Made by a program: the position numbers and the translations under genes. Below are positions 30,324 to 39,805 of a stretch of DNA of 64,000 nucleotides, in pieces. Position 1 is the stretch's first letter. Each line of letters begins with the position of its first letter. Origin of the DNA: an uncultured Chloroflexia bacterium. Its GTDB lineage: Bacteria > Chloroflexota > Limnocylindria > Limnocylindrales > CSP1-4. The stretch spans positions 31,072-95,071 of the forward strand of contig CAWEJO010000002.1 of NCBI GenBank assembly GCA_963809375.1, read 5' to 3'. The notes beneath the pieces were generated by a model. The model worked only from the letters and a program-made list of their open reading frames with translations, was not told the origin of the DNA and did not search any database.

Positions 30324-31562
30324 GTGGACGGGCCCTTCGTTTCGGATGCCGAGCTGGAGCGCCTGCGGCGCCACGTCGCGGCCGCCGAGCCGGCCTTCCT
30401 GGCGGACCTGGAGTCCCTGGTCCGGATCGACTCAGGCAGCTACACGCGGGCCGGCGTCAACGAGGTGGCAGGCTGGATCGCCGCCCGGCTGGCCGGCCTC
30501 GGCGGCCGCATCACCCGGCATGTCGATCCCGGCGGAGCCCTGGGCGACACGATCGAAGCGGTCTTCGACGGACTGCCGGGCGGCCCGCGGGCACTCCTGA
30601 TCGGGCACACGGACACCGTCTTCGATCCCGGGACCGCGGCGGCGCGCCCGTTCCGGGTCGCGGGCGGGATGGCATACGGGCCGGGCGTCACGGACATGAA
30701 GGGCGGGCTGCTGACCCTGGTCCACGGCCTCGCCGCCGCGATCGACATCGGCGGGACTGCCAGCCTGCCGTACGACCGGCTGACGGTGATCGCCAACCCG
30801 GACGAGGAGATCGGCTCGCCAGTCTCGACCGCCCACGTTGGCCGCGTCGCCGCCGTCGCCGACGTCGCGTTCGTGCTCGAAGCCGCGCGCGCCAACGGGG
30901 ACGTCGTCTCGGCACGCAAGGGCACCCTCGACTACCGGATCGTGATCTCCGGGCGGGCAGCCCACGCCGGGGTCGAGCCCGAGAAGGGCCGCAGCGCGAT
31001 CCTCGAGGCGGCCCACCAGGTGACCGCGCTGCATGCCCTCAACGGGCGGTGGCCGGGCGTGACGGCCAACGTCGGGGTGATCGGGGGTGGACTGCGCCCG
31101 AACGTGGTGGCCGGCGAGTGCGTGCTCGAGCTCGACGTCCGGGCCGTCGATGCCGCGGGCCAGGACGCCGCCGACGCCGCGGTCCGGGCCATCGCCGCTG
31201 CGCCGGCCGTCGCCGACGTGACCGTCCGCGTCGAGGAGCGCCATCGCCATCGACCCATGCAGCGCTCGGCCGCGTCGGCTCGACTGGTCGATGCTGCACG
31301 CGAGCTCGCGGCGCGACTCGGGTTCGACCTGGCGGACGCGGCCACCGGCGGCGCGTCGGACGCAAACACGACGGCCGGCATGGGCGTGGCGACGCTCGAC
31401 GGGCTCGGTCCGATCGGCGGGCTCGACCATAGTCCGGGGGAGTACCTCGACGTCCGGAGCATCGTGCCCAGGACGACGCTCTTCGCGGCGCTGCTCCTCG
31501 CGACGGGCCGCGATCCGGGCACGCGGCGATCGGCGGCGCCGGGCAGCAGCCGGAGTCGCTGA
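30324..31562 (+). CDS. M20 metallopeptidase (carboxypeptidase G2-like)
   Basis: GHTDTVF, GPGVTDMKGG, DEEIGS, AHAGVEPEKG, GGASDAN, DGLGPIGGLDHS. Confidence 0.93.
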   Translation: MDGPFVSDAELERLRRHVAAAEPAFLADLESLVRIDSGSYTRAGVNEVAGWIAARLAGLGGRITRHVDPGGALGDTIEAVFDGLPGGPRALLIGHTDTVFDPGTAAARPFRVAGGMAYGPGVTDMKGGLLTLVHGLAAAIDIGGTASLPYDRLTVIANPDEEIGSPVSTAHVGRVAAVADVAFVLEAARANGDVVSARKGTLDYRIVISGRAAHAGVEPEKGRSAILEAAHQVTALHALNGRWPGVTANVGVIGGGLRPNVVAGECVLELDVRAVDAAGQDAADAAVRAIAAAPAVADVTVRVEERHRHRPMQRSAASARLVDAARELAARLGFDLADAATGGASDANTTAGMGVATLDGLGPIGGLDHSPGEYLDVRSIVPRTTLFAALLLATGRDPGTRRSAAPGSSRSR

Positions 31563-31691
31563 GCCAGGTCGGCCGCCGGCCGACGTCTCCGGTCGGGCGA
31601 AGGCCGGTGCGGAGCACCGGTCGAGCGCCGATGTCGATCGCCGGGCCGCGCCCTGGTCGCCGAGCGCCGCGGGTCGGTCGCGGGCGACCCG

Positions 31692-33017
31692 CTAGCTGTT
31701 GGCGGCCTTTGCGATCACCGACTGGGCAGCGTCGATTGGCACGGCGAACCCGATGCCCTGCGCATCGCTCGAGCTCGTGATCACGACGCCGATGACCTGC
31801 CCGCGCGCATCGAGCAGCGGCCCGCCCGCGTTTCCGGAGCTGACGGCCGCGTCGGTCTGGATCAGCCCGCTGAGCCGCGTCCCGGCACCCCGGCTGCCCC
31901 GTCCGCCGAGCGTGACGTCGCGCTGGAGACCGGACACGATCCCCTCGGTGACCGACTGCGAGAACGTCCCCAGCGGGCTGCCGATGGCGATCGCGATCTG
32001 GCCGATCGCGAGCCCGGCGGACGAGCCCAGGCGGAGCGCCGGGAGGCTGGCGTTCGTGACGCGGATGACCGCGAGATCCGTCGCTGGATCGGTTGCCACG
32101 ACCGAGCCGGCGACCTGGCGGCCGTCGGGCAGCGTCACCGTCACCGCCGTGACGCCCGTGACGATGTGTGCGGCGGTGAGGACCAGCCCATCGTTCGAGA
32201 CGACGAACCCGGAACCGCCCGCGACCGACAGGTTGCCGAAGCCGCCCCTGGTCGATCCCACCGTGATCGTCACGACCGATGGATTGGCGGCCGCCGCGAC
32301 GACCGCCGCGACGTCCTGGGCCCGCACCGCGACGGGCGCCGCGGTCTGGTTCGCCGGGGCCGCAGACGGCGCGGCGCCCGACGGGGCAGCCGCCGGCGTC
32401 GCCTCGGTGCGCTGGCCCCCAAGCACGAAGAGGGTGCCGCCGGTCGCGAGCAGCGCGGAGAAGACGGCCGCCGCCAGCACGAGGGCGACCGACCCCCCGA
32501 CGTCCGGGCGACGACGGGGTACCGCCGTGACGACCGGTTCGGCCGGGGCACGGGAGAAGGCCGGGATGGTCGCGCCCGGCTGGCCGGCGTAGCCGGTCCA
32601 GGTCGGCCCGGCGGCAGGCGCGGTTGCGGAGGTGCGCCAGGCCGGGTCGGCAGGGGCGACGTACGCGCTCCAGGCCGGCGGCGTCGGGTGGGCGCTCCTC
32701 GCATCGGCCGCCGGAGGGCTGGCCGGCGTCGCGCTGTCCCCGGCGTCGTCCGATCCTGGAACGCCGGTGGCCGGACCGCGGCTGACTGGTGGATCGGCCG
32801 TGTCCGCCGCCTGCGGGGCCGCCGCCACGACGCCCCAGGCGGGGTTCGGCGCGGCCGGGACTGCCGGCGAGCTTGTTCCGGCCGTGGCCCCGGCGTCGGG
32901 GCGCGGGACGGGCGGCGCCCACGGCGACCGCTCGGGGTCCGGCGTCCGGCTCGCGTCGGCGGGCAGGTCGCGGTCGCTCATCGGAGCGTTGGACGAGGCT
33001 GCGTCATGCGGATCCAC
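31692..33017 (-). CDS. Membrane-anchored S1C/HtrA-like trypsin domain protein, no PDZ, catalytic Ser replaced
   Basis: GSGFVV, LTAAHIV, TDLAVI, AIGSPLG, IQTDAAVSSGNAGGPL. Confidence 0.88.
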   Translation of the reverse strand: MDPHDAASSNAPMSDRDLPADASRTPDPERSPWAPPVPRPDAGATAGTSSPAVPAAPNPAWGVVAAAPQAADTADPPVSRGPATGVPGSDDAGDSATPASPPAADARSAHPTPPAWSAYVAPADPAWRTSATAPAAGPTWTGYAGQPGATIPAFSRAPAEPVVTAVPRRRPDVGGSVALVLAAAVFSALLATGGTLFVLGGQRTEATPAAAPSGAAPSAAPANQTAAPVAVRAQDVAAVVAAAANPSVVTITVGSTRGGFGNLSVAGGSGFVVSNDGLVLTAAHIVTGVTAVTVTLPDGRQVAGSVVATDPATDLAVIRVTNASLPALRLGSSAGLAIGQIAIAIGSPLGTFSQSVTEGIVSGLQRDVTLGGRGSRGAGTRLSGLIQTDAAVSSGNAGGPLLDARGQVIGVVITSSSDAQGIGFAVPIDAAQSVIAKAANS

Positions 33018-33092
33018 GATCCCGTTCTACGTCGCGGTGCTGAAGGACGCCTGAACCGGCGAGCCTCCGTGGCCCCCCGCGAGACACCAAGC

Positions 33093-33425
33093 CTACGCGA
33101 TTCCGGCCGCGCGCAGCCCCGCGATGACCGCCACGGCCACGACAAGACCGGCGAAGAGGTTGCGCCGCCACGCGACGATGGCGACGCAGACGACGACCGC
33201 GAGGGCCTCGTACCCGACATGGAACGTTGCCTGGCCGTCGGGGCCGGTCACGAGGAGCACCTCCCGCGCCGCGATCGCCCCGAGCACCGCCGGCCCGACC
33301 AGACGGAGGTACTCGAGCGCGCGGGGCGGCAGTCGCTCGAATGCCGGCGCCAGCAGGGGGACCGCCCGCGACGGGTAGGTCACCGCGCCCATCAGGATGG
33401 CGAGCACGACGAGGTTGAGGCTCAC
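33093..33425 (-). CDS. azlD: AzlD family protein
   Basis: MGAVTYPSRAVP...LEYLRLVGPAVLGAI; downstream of azlC. Confidence 0.85.
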   Translation of the reverse strand: MSLNLVVLAILMGAVTYPSRAVPLLAPAFERLPPRALEYLRLVGPAVLGAIAAREVLLVTGPDGQATFHVGYEALAVVVCVAIVAWRRNLFAGLVVAVAVIAGLRAAGIA

Positions 33426-33441
33426 AGGCGGCTCGCGGCGG

Positions 33442-34173
33442 TCACGGCGCCATCCCGTCTGCCGAGCGATCCGGATGCGAGAACGTGTCGGGGTCGGCCG
33501 GGCGCTCATCCGGCTCGGGGACCGCCGGGTCGTGCCGCGGGACCAGCATCCCGACGACCGGCCCGAACACGCCGCCCGCGACGACGCCGGCGCGTGACTC
33601 GACCAGGATCCCGACGACGAGCGCGATGACCACGCCGGCTGCGCCGGCGACCACCTCGCGGCGGCCCGTCGCGAGTCCGACGGCGAGGCCGGCCATCGCG
33701 GCCGGGAACACGACGTCGAGGCCCAGGAGGCGGGGATCGGGGACGACCTGGCCGCCCAGCACGCCGATGAGCGTGGCGACGTTCCAGGGGATGAAGACGC
33801 CGGCGATCGCGGCGATCCAGTAGCCGCGCCGGTCCGCGAAGCTCAGGCGCCGGAAATGCACCAGGCTGAGGGCGAAGGCCTCGTCGGTCAGGACGTGCGC
33901 CATCGCAGCCCGCTCGGCGCGCGGGCGCCCTCGCAGCCAGGGGGCCAGCGCCGCGGCGTACAGGGCGTGGCGGGCGTTCACGAGGGCGGTGAGCAGCACG
34001 ATCGCCGGCCACCCGAAGCCTGCCGCGACCATGCCGGCCGCGGCGAACTGGGATGCCCCGGCGAACACGATGGTCGAGAACGCGACCGTCTCGACGACCG
34101 AGAAGCCGGCGCCGCGGGCGGTCAGGCCGAAGACGATGCCGAAGCCGGCCGCCGACACGACGATCCCGAGCAT
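33442..34173 (-). CDS. azlC: AzlC family branched-chain amino acid export permease (start may be up to about 120 nt further upstream)
   Basis: VFAGASQFAA, VNARHALY, LTDEAFA, LDVVFPAAM. Confidence 0.9.
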   Translation of the reverse strand: MLGIVVSAAGFGIVFGLTARGAGFSVVETVAFSTIVFAGASQFAAAGMVAAGFGWPAIVLLTALVNARHALYAAALAPWLRGRPRAERAAMAHVLTDEAFALSLVHFRRLSFADRRGYWIAAIAGVFIPWNVATLIGVLGGQVVPDPRLLGLDVVFPAAMAGLAVGLATGRREVVAGAAGVVIALVVGILVESRAGVVAGGVFGPVVGMLVPRHDPAVPEPDERPADPDTFSHPDRSADGMAP

Positions 34174-34306
34174 GTCGAGGGCGAGCTGACGGCGGGCGGC
34201 GCGCAGCTCGGCAGGGCCGGGGACCGGGCCTTCGAGGCCAGCCGCCGACGGGTCCGAAGGTGGACGGGCAGGGGGGCCGGAGGGCGCGCTCAGCGGATGG
34301 CTCCGA

Positions 34307-34570
34307 TCAGCGGAGCGCCGTCTTCCCGCAGCGGTCGCAGACGACGTACAGGGCGTGGCGATCGCGCGCGTAGCCCGCCGCGTGGAGCGTCCCGCCGCAG
34401 CCGGCGTGGTGCCACGTCCACCACCGCTCCTGGGCGTCGACCCCCGTCGCATCCGCCACGATGGCCGCCTCGAGCCCGGCATGGGCCGCGATCGTCGCCG
34501 CGATCGCCGCGGCGCGCTCCGCCTCCGTTTCGCTGGAGTACGGGTAGCTCTGCGAGATGTTCGACGTCAC
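34307..34570 (-). CDS. Small putative Zn-ribbon protein
   Basis: WTWHHAGCGGTLHAAGY...VVCDRCGK; GGAG SD before GTG. Confidence 0.65.
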   Translation of the reverse strand: MTSNISQSYPYSSETEAERAAAIAATIAAHAGLEAAIVADATGVDAQERWWTWHHAGCGGTLHAAGYARDRHALYVVCDRCGKTALR

Positions 34571-34674
34571 GTGGCTGGCTCCGCGTGGGCCGCAGCGGCG
34601 GCGTGGGCTCCGATCCCTGCCCCGAGTATCGCACGCGCGGCGGCCGGCGAGCCGATCGACGGGCCGCCCGGACC

Positions 34675-34781
34675 CGGAGCGCCATGCGGGCCGCCCGCCG
34701 CGGATCGCCACGCCCGCCGCGGAGCGCCACGCGGGCCGCCCGCCGCGGTTCGCCACGCCCGCCGCGGATCGCTACGCGGGC
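34675..34781. repeat. 45-bp tandem repeat (2.4 copies) at the stop of the 34772 gene
   Basis: cggagcgcca(t/c)gcgggccgcccgccgcgg(a/t)tcgccacgcccgccg at 34675 and 34720, partial copy at 34765. Confidence 0.85.
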
Positions 34782-35323
34782 GGCTCGCCGAGCGCGGCCC
34801 GCCAGGGCGCCTCGAGGATGTCGACGGTCTCCGGCCGAAGCCGTCGCCGGAGGGCCGCCGCGCAGGCGACGTTCCAGCACGCGACGACGCCGACCCGTGG
34901 GTTCCAGGGCGCGGCAGCGTCGTTGATGAGGCCGATCGCCGTCTCCTGGCGTCGCTGGGCCGGCGTCTTCGCCCGGAACATGTCGAAGATTCCGCCCAGC
35001 GCGCCGCCGCCGCCGCTCGCCGCGAGCCCGACGCCGAACCGGGCGACGTCGATCCCGGTCAGGGCCGACGCGAGCGCCACCATCACGTCCGAGAAGAGCT
35101 CGTGGATCTCCGCCTGGTGCTCGCGGTCCAGGTTGAGCCCGTCGTGCCAGGCATACCAGAATCCGCGATCGGCCCGCCCCCGACCCTCCTTCGCCCGGCC
35201 GAGCTCGGTCGCCGCGGCGTCGAGCGCATGGAGCTCGTCGAGCGTGACCCGGCCGAGCCTTGCGAGCAGGGCTCGCCGCGGTCCGGCGTACAGGAGCGGG
35301 CGATCGTCGTCCATCCCGGTCAC
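34772..35323 (-). CDS. Hypothetical protein coupled to ggt
   Basis: Protein-like composition; GTGA overlap with the ggt stop. Confidence 0.65.
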   Translation of the reverse strand: MTGMDDDRPLLYAGPRRALLARLGRVTLDELHALDAAATELGRAKEGRGRADRGFWYAWHDGLNLDREHQAEIHELFSDVMVALASALTGIDVARFGVGLAASGGGGALGGIFDMFRAKTPAQRRQETAIGLINDAAAPWNPRVGVVACWNVACAAALRRRLRPETVDILEAPWRAALGEPPA

Positions 35324-36999
35324 CAGGCCGCCGGAAGCCCGGCCGAGCGGGGATCGGTCGCGGCGGCGAGCGTGCCGCCGGCCGCCGGTCCGCCGTCGAC
35401 GAGCTCGATCGCGTGCGCGTGGCCGAGGCCGGCGTCGAACGGCGCGGCGACCGACAGCTGGTGGCCCATCGCCCGGAGGCCGTCGAGCAGCCCCTCGCGG
35501 AAGCGAGGCTCGATCACGACGAGCTCGGGCGGGGCGAAATGGGCAGGCGGCTCGGGATGCCAGCGCGGCGCCGCGACGGCCGTCGCGACGTCGACCCGGC
35601 CGTCGACGAGGGCGCTCACGACCTGGGCGAAGATGGCGGGCTGGGCGTCACCGCCCATCGACCCGTGGACGACCCACGGTCGACCGTCCCGGAAGAGCAT
35701 GCCCGGCAGGAGCGTGTGCAGCGTCCGCTTCCCGGGGGCCAGCACGTTCGGGTGGTCGGCCTCGAGGGAGAAGTAGCTGCCCCGGTTCTGGTACGCGATC
35801 CCGGTCCCGGGATCCACGATCCCCGAGCCGAACCCGGCGTAGTTGGACTCGATCAGGCTGACCGCGTTGCCGCCGCGATCGACGGTCCCGAGCCAGACGG
35901 TGCCACCGCCGCGCGGCGCGGTCGCGGCCGGTGGGCGCGACGCGCGGGCCGGATCGATCGAGCCGGCGAGTCGCTCCCCGTAGCTCCTGTCGAGGAGCCG
36001 TTCGATGGGGATTGCAGCGAACTCCGGGTCCGTCAGGGAGGCGTCGCGATCGGCGAGCGCCCGCTTGGCGGCCTCGATGCCGAGGTGGACCCAGCGAACG
36101 TCCGCGCCGGCCGTCGCGCCGCCGCCTTCCGGCGAGAAGGTCGACGGATCGGGCGGCTCGAACGCGCGCAGGATGTTGAGGAGCTCCAGGCCGGCGAGCC
36201 CCGAGCTGTTGGGCGGGTGCGTCGTGGCGATCGCCCCGCGATAGTCGAGCGCGAGCGGGTCGCCCCACGTCGACGTGTGGGCGGAGAGGTCGGTGTCCCG
36301 CAGGAGGCTGCCGGCGGCGGCGAGCCCCGCGGCCTGGCGGGCGGCGAGGTCGCCATCGTAGAAGTCGCCCAGCCCGGCGCCGACGAGGCGTTCGAGGGTG
36401 CCGGCCAGCGCCGGCAGGCGGACTCGCTCGCCGGGCAGCCATGGCCTGCCGTGCGGTCGGTAGGTGGCGTGCCAGCCCGCGGCCGCTGCCCCGAGATCGA
36501 GGTCGAACCGCTCCGCCGAGGCCTCCACGGCGGCGACCCACGCCGCGTCCGCCGCGAACCCGTCCGCGGCGAGCTCGATCGCGGGTGCGAGCAGGTCGGC
36601 GATCGACAGGCGCCCGAACCGGGCGTGGGCATCGGCCCACGATCGGACCGCACCCGGGACGGTGATCGTGAGCGGTCCGCGGAACGGGAGGCGGACCATG
36701 CCCGCTGCCCGCAGGCGAACCGCGTCGGCGGCCATCCCGGACCGGCCCGAGCCGTTGAGCGCGTGCTCGCGGCCGCCCGCCTCATCCCAGATCAGCCAGA
36801 ACGCGTCGCCTCCGATGCCGCAGGCGGAGCCCATCACGACGCCCAGCACGGCGTTCGTCGCGATCGCGGCGTCGACCGCGTGCCCGCCTGCGCGCAGGAT
36901 CCCGAGGCCAGCGGCCGTGGCGAGATGGTGCGGCGCGACCACGGCTCCCGAGCCGCCGCGCACCAGCGGCGCGGGTACCAGGGGCCGGGCGCCATGCAT
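35320..36999 (-). CDS. ggt: Gamma-glutamyltransferase family protein (YwrD-like)
   Basis: GGHAVDAAIA, GIGGDAF, TVPGAV, nucleophile GGT-VWL, PGKRTLHTL, MGGDAQP, ATDPRS. Confidence 0.93.
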   Translation of the reverse strand: MHGARPLVPAPLVRGGSGAVVAPHHLATAAGLGILRAGGHAVDAAIATNAVLGVVMGSACGIGGDAFWLIWDEAGGREHALNGSGRSGMAADAVRLRAAGMVRLPFRGPLTITVPGAVRSWADAHARFGRLSIADLLAPAIELAADGFAADAAWVAAVEASAERFDLDLGAAAAGWHATYRPHGRPWLPGERVRLPALAGTLERLVGAGLGDFYDGDLAARQAAGLAAAGSLLRDTDLSAHTSTWGDPLALDYRGAIATTHPPNSSGLAGLELLNILRAFEPPDPSTFSPEGGGATAGADVRWVHLGIEAAKRALADRDASLTDPEFAAIPIERLLDRSYGERLAGSIDPARASRPPAATAPRGGGTVWLGTVDRGGNAVSLIESNYAGFGSGIVDPGTGIAYQNRGSYFSLEADHPNVLAPGKRTLHTLLPGMLFRDGRPWVVHGSMGGDAQPAIFAQVVSALVDGRVDVATAVAAPRWHPEPPAHFAPPELVVIEPRFREGLLDGLRAMGHQLSVAAPFDAGLGHAHAIELVDGGPAAGGTLAAATDPRSAGLPAAW

Positions 37000-37074
37000 G
37001 GCCCGATTGTACGGGTCGCAGGTGGCGCGGTCCGGCACGTGCGGCCCGGCCCTGCGTTCGGTATCGTCGCGCCC

Positions 37075-38370
37075 ATGGAGCGCTCGCTGTGGGCCGTCAT
37101 CGTCGGCACGTTCACGCTGCGATTCAGCACGGGGCTGACGGGCGCGATGATCAGCTTCTATTTCAAGGAGCTGCACCTCCACGGCGGCGTGGAGGTCGGC
37201 GCCATCACGGTGGGCATCATGGGCGCGGCGTTCTTCGCGTCCGAGCTGATCCTGTCGCCGGCCTTCGGGTTGCTGGCGGACCGGATCGGCTACCACCGGG
37301 TCATGGAGCTCGGGCCGATGTTCGGCGGCGTCGCCGTCATCCTGACCGGGCTGACGACGGTGGTGCCGATCCTCGCCTTCACCCGCCTGCTCGAGGGAGC
37401 GTCGACGGCCGCGAGCGTCCCCTCGATCCTGGGCTTCATCGCGGTCGCTTCCGCTGCCGACGAGGGGCTCCGGGGACGCGCCGTGGCTCGCTTCGAGACG
37501 GCGACGGTCGTCGGGCTCGGGCTCGGGTTCGTCGTCGCCGGGCCGCTCTACCAGCTGCTCGGACCTGCGGCCTTCTTCCTCAACGCCGGCCTGTACGGCG
37601 TCAGCTGGCTGATCTACCGCCGGGGCGTGAGCGATCCGCGCGCCGAGACCCACGGACCGCAGGACGGCCATCGACCGGGCAGCGTGGCGCGCTATGTGCA
37701 GATCCTGCGCGGGTCACATGTCTGGCTGCTCGCGCCGACGTGGATCGCCGTCAACGCGTCGCTCGGCCTGTGGACCAGCCAGGCGCTGTTCCAGCTGGTC
37801 GGCAAGGGGAGCGAGCGATTCGGCGACCAGGTGCTGATGCGTGGCTTCGCCCCGGTCGAGGTGAGCGTCGGCCTCGGAATTGCCCTGCTCGTGCTGCTCT
37901 CCGGGTTCCTGTGGTGGGGCAACCGCTTCAAGGCGTTCCGGCGGACGACGATGATCTACATGGGCCTCGGTGGCGGCCTCCTGATGGTTGTGGGCGGCAC
38001 GGCGTTCAACCACAGCCAGGACGTCGTCACGCCGATGGTCATCGTGTTCGTGCTGGTGGCGGGCGCCGGCCTGTTCATCCTGGCGGGCGCGACCCCCGCC
38101 GCCCTCGGCCTGCTGGCCGATGTCTCGGAGCGCTACCCGAACGACCGCGGAGCGATCATGGGCCTCTACAGCGTCTTCCTCGCCCTCGGCCAGATCGGCG
38201 GCAGCATCGTCGGCGGCTTCGTGGCCGAATGGTGGGCGATCGATGGCCTCTTCGGCGCCACGCTCGTGCTGGTCGGCCTCGCCGCGGTGCCGCTCTGGTT
38301 CCTCCGGGGCTACGAGCACCAGTTCGGCCCGCTCGAGGCGGCCCCAGCGCCCCCGGCGCCGGTCGCCTGA
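37075..38370 (+). CDS. MFS transporter
   Basis: Motif A-like FGLLADRIGYHR; about 12 TM segments. Confidence 0.88.
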   Translation: MERSLWAVIVGTFTLRFSTGLTGAMISFYFKELHLHGGVEVGAITVGIMGAAFFASELILSPAFGLLADRIGYHRVMELGPMFGGVAVILTGLTTVVPILAFTRLLEGASTAASVPSILGFIAVASAADEGLRGRAVARFETATVVGLGLGFVVAGPLYQLLGPAAFFLNAGLYGVSWLIYRRGVSDPRAETHGPQDGHRPGSVARYVQILRGSHVWLLAPTWIAVNASLGLWTSQALFQLVGKGSERFGDQVLMRGFAPVEVSVGLGIALLVLLSGFLWWGNRFKAFRRTTMIYMGLGGGLLMVVGGTAFNHSQDVVTPMVIVFVLVAGAGLFILAGATPAALGLLADVSERYPNDRGAIMGLYSVFLALGQIGGSIVGGFVAEWWAIDGLFGATLVLVGLAAVPLWFLRGYEHQFGPLEAAPAPPAPVA

Positions 38371-38604
38371 CCCGGGTTCGCCGCGGCTCGTCGCCGGGAG
38401 CGGACGTCGCGGCCGAGGACGCCGTGGCCGAGACACCGGGACGCCGCCGCCGGGCCGTGGACGCCGGGACGGCGGGTGGACGCCGCGATGCAGTGACGCC
38501 GTGGCCGCCACCGGCGGCATCGCGTTCCGTATGATTCCCTCGATGCGCCCGCCGTCGCCCGACTACCCTATCGGCAGGCGCAATCGAGGAGGGAGCGTCC
38601 CAGC

Positions 38605-39459
38605 ATGGCCCGTGTCGCGATCGTCACGGATTCGGCGGCCGATCTGCCGCCCGACCTGGTCGCCCGCCACGGCGTGTACGTGGTTCCGCTCTTCGTCCGC
38701 TTCGGTGCCGAGGAGTTCAGGGCCGGGGTGAACCTGTCGCCCGAGCAGTTCTGGGTCCGGATGACCGCTCCGGACGCGCCGTTCCCGACGACCGCCGCCG
38801 CGGCGCCCGGGACATTCGCGGAGACCTATCGACGCTGCTTCGACGAGGGCGCCGACGCAGTCGTGTGCATCTCGGTCGGGGCCCACCTCTCCGCGACGAT
38901 CAAGAGCGCGCTCCTTGGCGTGCAGGAGCACCCCGGGCGCGAGATCCACGTCATCAATTCGATGACGGCCTCGATGGGCGTCGGTCTGCTGGTGGTCATG
39001 GCTGCCGAGATGGCGGCGACCGGCACGAGCGCGGCAGAGATCGCCGAGGCGATCCGGTCGAGGGCTCCCGACGTCGTCCTCTACGTCGCCCTCGACACCC
39101 TGGAGTACCTCCGCAAGGGCGGCCGGATCTCGGCGGCCCAGGCGGCCATCGGGACCGTCCTCTCGATCAAGCCCATCATCACCGTCCGGGCCGGTGTGGT
39201 TGAGACGGTGGACCGGATCCGGACGCGCTCGAAGGCTCGCGCACGGATCCAGGACCTGCTTCTCGAGGTACCCCTGACGTCGCTCACGCTCCTCCACGCG
39301 GGCGGCTCATCCGACGTGGACGGCTTTCGCGCCACGATCGCGCCGCGCCTTCCCGGGAGCCCTGACCCGTCGTCCGTGCCAGCGGTGCTGATCGGGCCGT
39401 CGGTCGGCCCCCACGTCGGCCCCGGATGCGTCGGCGGCGTCGGGCTGCGCGTGCGGTAG
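38605..39459 (+). CDS. DegV family fatty-acid-binding protein
   Basis: IVTDSAADLP, LEYLRKGGRI, LSIKPII, HVGPG. Confidence 0.95.
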   Translation: MARVAIVTDSAADLPPDLVARHGVYVVPLFVRFGAEEFRAGVNLSPEQFWVRMTAPDAPFPTTAAAAPGTFAETYRRCFDEGADAVVCISVGAHLSATIKSALLGVQEHPGREIHVINSMTASMGVGLLVVMAAEMAATGTSAAEIAEAIRSRAPDVVLYVALDTLEYLRKGGRISAAQAAIGTVLSIKPIITVRAGVVETVDRIRTRSKARARIQDLLLEVPLTSLTLLHAGGSSDVDGFRATIAPRLPGSPDPSSVPAVLIGPSVGPHVGPGCVGGVGLRVR

Positions 39460-39805
39460 CCGCGGCCGGTCCCGGCCAGCCGGTGCGCGGCCTGTTGGCG
39501 CCAGGCCTTCGACTGGGCCGAAGGTCCCGGAGATCCGGGACAAAGGTTGCGACCCGGCTACATCGGCGTGGCGGTAAGATTGCGGCGGCAGCGGGCCGAA
39601 TCGCCCGCCGCCCGCGTCCCCGTTCGGCACTGGCCGCGCGGGAACCAGGGAGCCAGAGTGCTCCTCATGCAACCCGTCGCAGTGCGGTGCCCGGCCGGGT
39701 CCCGCATCGCGGCCGGCCGCCGTCCCGGAGGCGGCATCGGCTCGCCCGAGGCGAGCCACGGCGGAGGCCCGCACCGGCGGGCCGACACAGGAGGACCTCC
39801 TCTCC

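Noticed and set aside
34675-34781. 45-bp repeats as a mini-CRISPR or iterons
   Set aside because: Contiguous tandem copies without spacers; no cas or rep genes nearby
39669-39690. GCAACC...GGTGC resembling SAM-I/IV P3
   Set aside because: No AUC...GAU P1, kink-turn or pseudoknot, and the downstream gene is not sulfur-related
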